Shown in pieces: positions 61,571 through 64,000 of a DNA stretch of 64,000 nt. The stretch is from Eledone cirrhosa (taxonomy: Eukaryota). Where the stretch lies: NCBI GenBank assembly GCA_964016885.1, contig OZ024743.1:141608001-141672000 (forward strand), given 5' to 3'. Position 1 is the stretch's first letter; each line of letters begins with the position of its first letter. The position numbers were made by a program, and so were the translations under genes. Under the pieces are notes generated by a model. It ran no database searches, was not told the DNA's origin, and saw only the letters and a program-made list of their open reading frames with translations.

Positions 61571-64000
61571 GTGCTTGGTGCTTGCTGTTTGGTGTTTGGT
61601 GCTTGGTGCGTGGGACTTAGTGTTTGGTGTTTGGTGCTTGGTGTTTTGTGCTTGGTGTTTGGTGCTTGGTGCTTGGTGTTTGGTGTTTGGTGCTTGGTGC
61701 TTGGGACTTGGTGTTTGGTGCTTAGTGTTTGGTGCTTGGTGTTTGGTGCTTGGTGCTTGGTGCTTGGAGTTTGGTGTATGGTGTTTGGTGCTTGGTGTTT
61801 GGTGCTTGGTGCTTGGTGCTGGGTGGTTGGTGTTTGGTGTTTGGTGCTTGGTGATTGGTGCTTATTGTTTGGTGCTTGGTGCTTGGTGCTTGGTGCTTGG
61901 TCTTTGGTGCTTGGTGTTTGGTGTTTGGTGCTTGGTGCTTGGTGCTTGGTGATTAGTGTTTGGTGCTTGGTGCTTGGTGCCTGGTGTTTGGTGCTTGGTG
62001 CTTGTTGTTTGGTGCTTGGTGCTTGGTGATTAGTGTTTGGTGCTTGGTTCTTGGGGTTTGCTGTTTGGTGCTTGGGGTTTGGTGTTTGGTTCTTGGTGCT
62101 TGGTGTTTGGTGCTTGGTGCTTGGTGTTTGGTGCTTGGTGCTTTGTGTTTGGTGCTTGGTGTTTGGTGCTTGGTGCTTGGTGCTTGGTGCTTGGTGTTAG
62201 GTGTTTGGTGCTTGGTGATTGGTGTTTGATGTTAGGTTCTTGGTGCTTGGTGTTTGGTGTTTGGTGCTTGGTGCTTGGTGTTTGGTGTATGGTGCTTGCT
62301 GCTTGGTGCTTGGTGTTTTGTGTTTGGAGTTTGGTGCTTGGTGTTTGGTGCTTGGTGCTTGGTGTTTGGTGTTTGGTGTTTGGTGTTTGGTGATTGGTGC
62401 TTGGTGTTTGGTGCTTGGTGCTTGGTGCTTGGTGCTTGGTGTTAGGCGTTTGGTGCTTGGTGCTTGGTGTTTGATGTTTGGTCCTTGGTGCTTGGTGTTT
62501 GGTATTTGGAGCTTGGTGCTTGGTGTTTTGTGTTTGGTGCTTGCTGCTTGCTGCTTTGTGTTTGGTGCTAGGGACTTGGTGCTTGGTGCTTGGTGTTTGG
62601 TGCTTGGTGTTTGGTTTTTGGTGCTTGGTGCGTGGGACCTGGTGTTTGGTGCTTGGTGTTTGGTGCTTGGTGTTTGGTGCTTGGTGCCTGGTGCTTGGTG
62701 TTTGGTGTTTGGTGCTTGGTGTTTGGTGCTTGGTGTTTGGTACTTGGTGTTCGGTGCTTGGTGCTTGGTGCTTGGTGCTTGGTGTTTGGTGTTTGGTGCT
62801 TGGTGCTTGGTGTTTGATGTTTGGTCCTTGGTGCTTGGTGTTTGGTGTTGTGTGCTTGGTGCTTGGTGCTTGGTGTTTGGTGCTTGGTGCTTGGTGCTTG
62901 GTGTTTGGCGTTTGCTGTTTGCTGTTTGGTGTTTGGTGTTTGCTGTTTGGTGTTTGCTATTTGGTGTTTGGTGTTTGGTGCTTGGTGCTTGGTGTTTGCT
63001 GCTTGGTGCTTGGTGCTTGGTGTTTGGTCCTTGGTGCTTGGTGCTTGGTCTTTGGTGCTTGGGTTTTGGTGTTTGGTGCTTGGTGCTTGGTGCTTGGTGC
63101 TTGGTGCTTGGTTCTTGGTGGCTGGTGTTTGGTGCTTGGTGTTTGGAGTTTGGTGCTTGGTGCTTGGTGCCTGGTGTTTCGTGCTTGGTGCTTGGTGCTT
63201 GGTGTTTGGTGTATGGTGCTTGGTGTTTGGTGTTTGGTACTTGGGGCTTGGTGCTTGGTGCTTGGTGTTTGGTGCTTGGTGTTTGATGCTGCGTGCCTGG
63301 TGTTTGGTGTTTGGTGCTTGGTGCTTGGTGTTTGGTGTTTGGAGCTTGGTGCCTGGTGCTTGTTGTTTGGTGTTTGGCGCTTGGTGCTTGGTGTTTGGTG
63401 TTTGGTGCTTGGTGCTTGGTGCTTGGTATCTGGTGTTTGGGGCTTGATGTTTGGTGTTTGGTGCTTGGTGTTTGGTGTTTGGTGCTTGGTGCTTGGTGTT
63501 TGGTGCTTGGTGTTTGATGCTTGGTGTTTGATGCTTGGTGTTTGCTGCTTGGTGCTTGGTGCTTGGTGTTTTGTGTTTGGTGCTTGGTGCTTGGAGCCTG
63601 GTGCTTGGTGCTTGGTGCTTGTTGTTTGGTGCTTGGTGCTTGGTGATTAGTGTTTGGTGCTTCGTGCTTGCGGTTTGGTGTTTGGTGCCTGGGGTTTGGT
63701 GTTTGGTGCTTGGTGCTTGGTGTTTGGTGCTTGGTGCTTGGTGTTTGGTGTTTGCTGTCTGGTGTTTGCTGTTTGGTGTTTGGTGTTTGGTGCTTGCTGT
63801 TTGGTGCTTGGTGCTTGGTGTTTGGTGTTTGGTGTTTGGTGCTTGGTGCTTGGTGTTTGGTGCTTGGTGCTTGGTGCTGGGTGTTTGGTGCTTGGTGCTT
63901 GGTGTTTGGTTGTTGGTGCTTGGTGCTTGGTGTTTGGTCCTTGGTGCTTGGTGCTTGGTCTTTGGTGCTTGGGTTTTGGTGTTTGGTGCTTGGTGCTTGG

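Larger units (their letters stand above)
1..64000. repeat. Heptameric tandem satellite array (TTGGTGY)n, ~9,140 monomers, G/T-rich on + strand, open at both window edges
   Basis: Every line reads as TTGGTGC/TTGGTGT units or 1-3-substitution variants (TTGCTGT, TTGGTGA, TTAGTGT, TTGATGC, TAGGTGT, CTGGTGC, TTGGGGT, TTGTTGT). The first full unit starts at 3 and a unit still starts at 63983. No inversion or non-repeat insert was seen. Confidence 0.99.
54370..64000. repeat. Long-period repeat: ~54.4-56.35 kb is re-used at ~62.4-64 kb (offset ~7.6-8.1 kb)
   Basis: ORFs 54521..54748 and 62590..62817 (8069), 55567/63293 and ORF ends 55924/63650 (7726). Rare TTGGTTG unit at ~56264 and ~63906. Confidence 0.75.

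Noticed and set aside
1-64000. Hundreds of + strand hydrophobic Trp/Cys-rich ORFs and - strand TKHQ-repeat ORFs as genes
   Set aside because: All frames give the same low-complexity peptide. Starts and stops are sporadic monomer variants. There are no unique domains, no codon-position bias, and no non-repeat promoter, RBS or splice context.
1-64000. CRISPR array (GATTAG landmarks as repeats separated by spacers)
   Set aside because: The intervals are themselves heptamer repeats of 77 to >1000 bp and are duplicated rather than unique. There is no leader and no cas gene.
1-64000. Canonical telomerase-made telomere tract
   Set aside because: No TTAGGG/TTTAGGG tandem runs. TTAGGT and TAGGG occur only as isolated variants. 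Kb-scale copied variant strings indicate recombinational amplification, and no chromosome end is in view.
1-64000. Canonical three-tier G-quadruplex array
   Set aside because: The consensus has only GG runs, and GGG+ runs are isolated variants. At most weak two-tier structures are possible, which cannot be tested from sequence.
1-64000. Fungal RIP or CpG-deamination signature
   Set aside because: TpG->TpA variants exist (TTAGTG, TTGGTA), but most TpG sites are intact and transversions (G->C, G->T, T->G, T->A) are common. The consensus has no CpG.
1-64000. Pure sequencing or basecalling artefact, or random simulated repeat
   Set aside because: Rare substitutions and indels recur in identical contexts at in-register offsets, and indels are very rare, unlike read noise. 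Assembly-level copy-number errors remain possible.
1-64000. Transposon or retroelement insertions, inverted repeats, terminators, tRNA/rRNA
   Set aside because: No departure from the heptamer lattice longer than a few bases and no strand switch to (RCACCAA)n, so there are no hairpin-forming or unique segments.

Overview
The whole 64-kb window is one uninterrupted, single-orientation tandem array of a 7-bp monomer, consensus TTGGTGY (TTGGTGC and TTGGTGT; reverse complement GCACCAA/ACACCAA), about 9,140 units, running off both ends. I see no unique sequence, protein-coding gene, RNA gene, transposon or CRISPR array. The ORF track is an artefact of a stop-free heptamer (WCLVLGA/WCLVFGV on +, TKHQAPS/TKHQTPN on -). 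The information lies in the array's internal structure. Variant monomers recur in fixed order and reveal nested higher-order repeats (HORs) of 77, 224, 455, 511, 700, ~965, 1127, 1337, 2471, ~3500, ~5300, ~6400 and ~8000 bp, plus dispersed re-use at 11-22 kb distances. The 7-bp register is broken only 14 times (6 distinct indels). Diagnostic variants change at ~35.7 kb. This is best read as a satellite (centromeric, pericentromeric or subtelomeric) array expanded by recombination. The organism and function cannot be determined from this window, and I cannot support a new gene-based system here.
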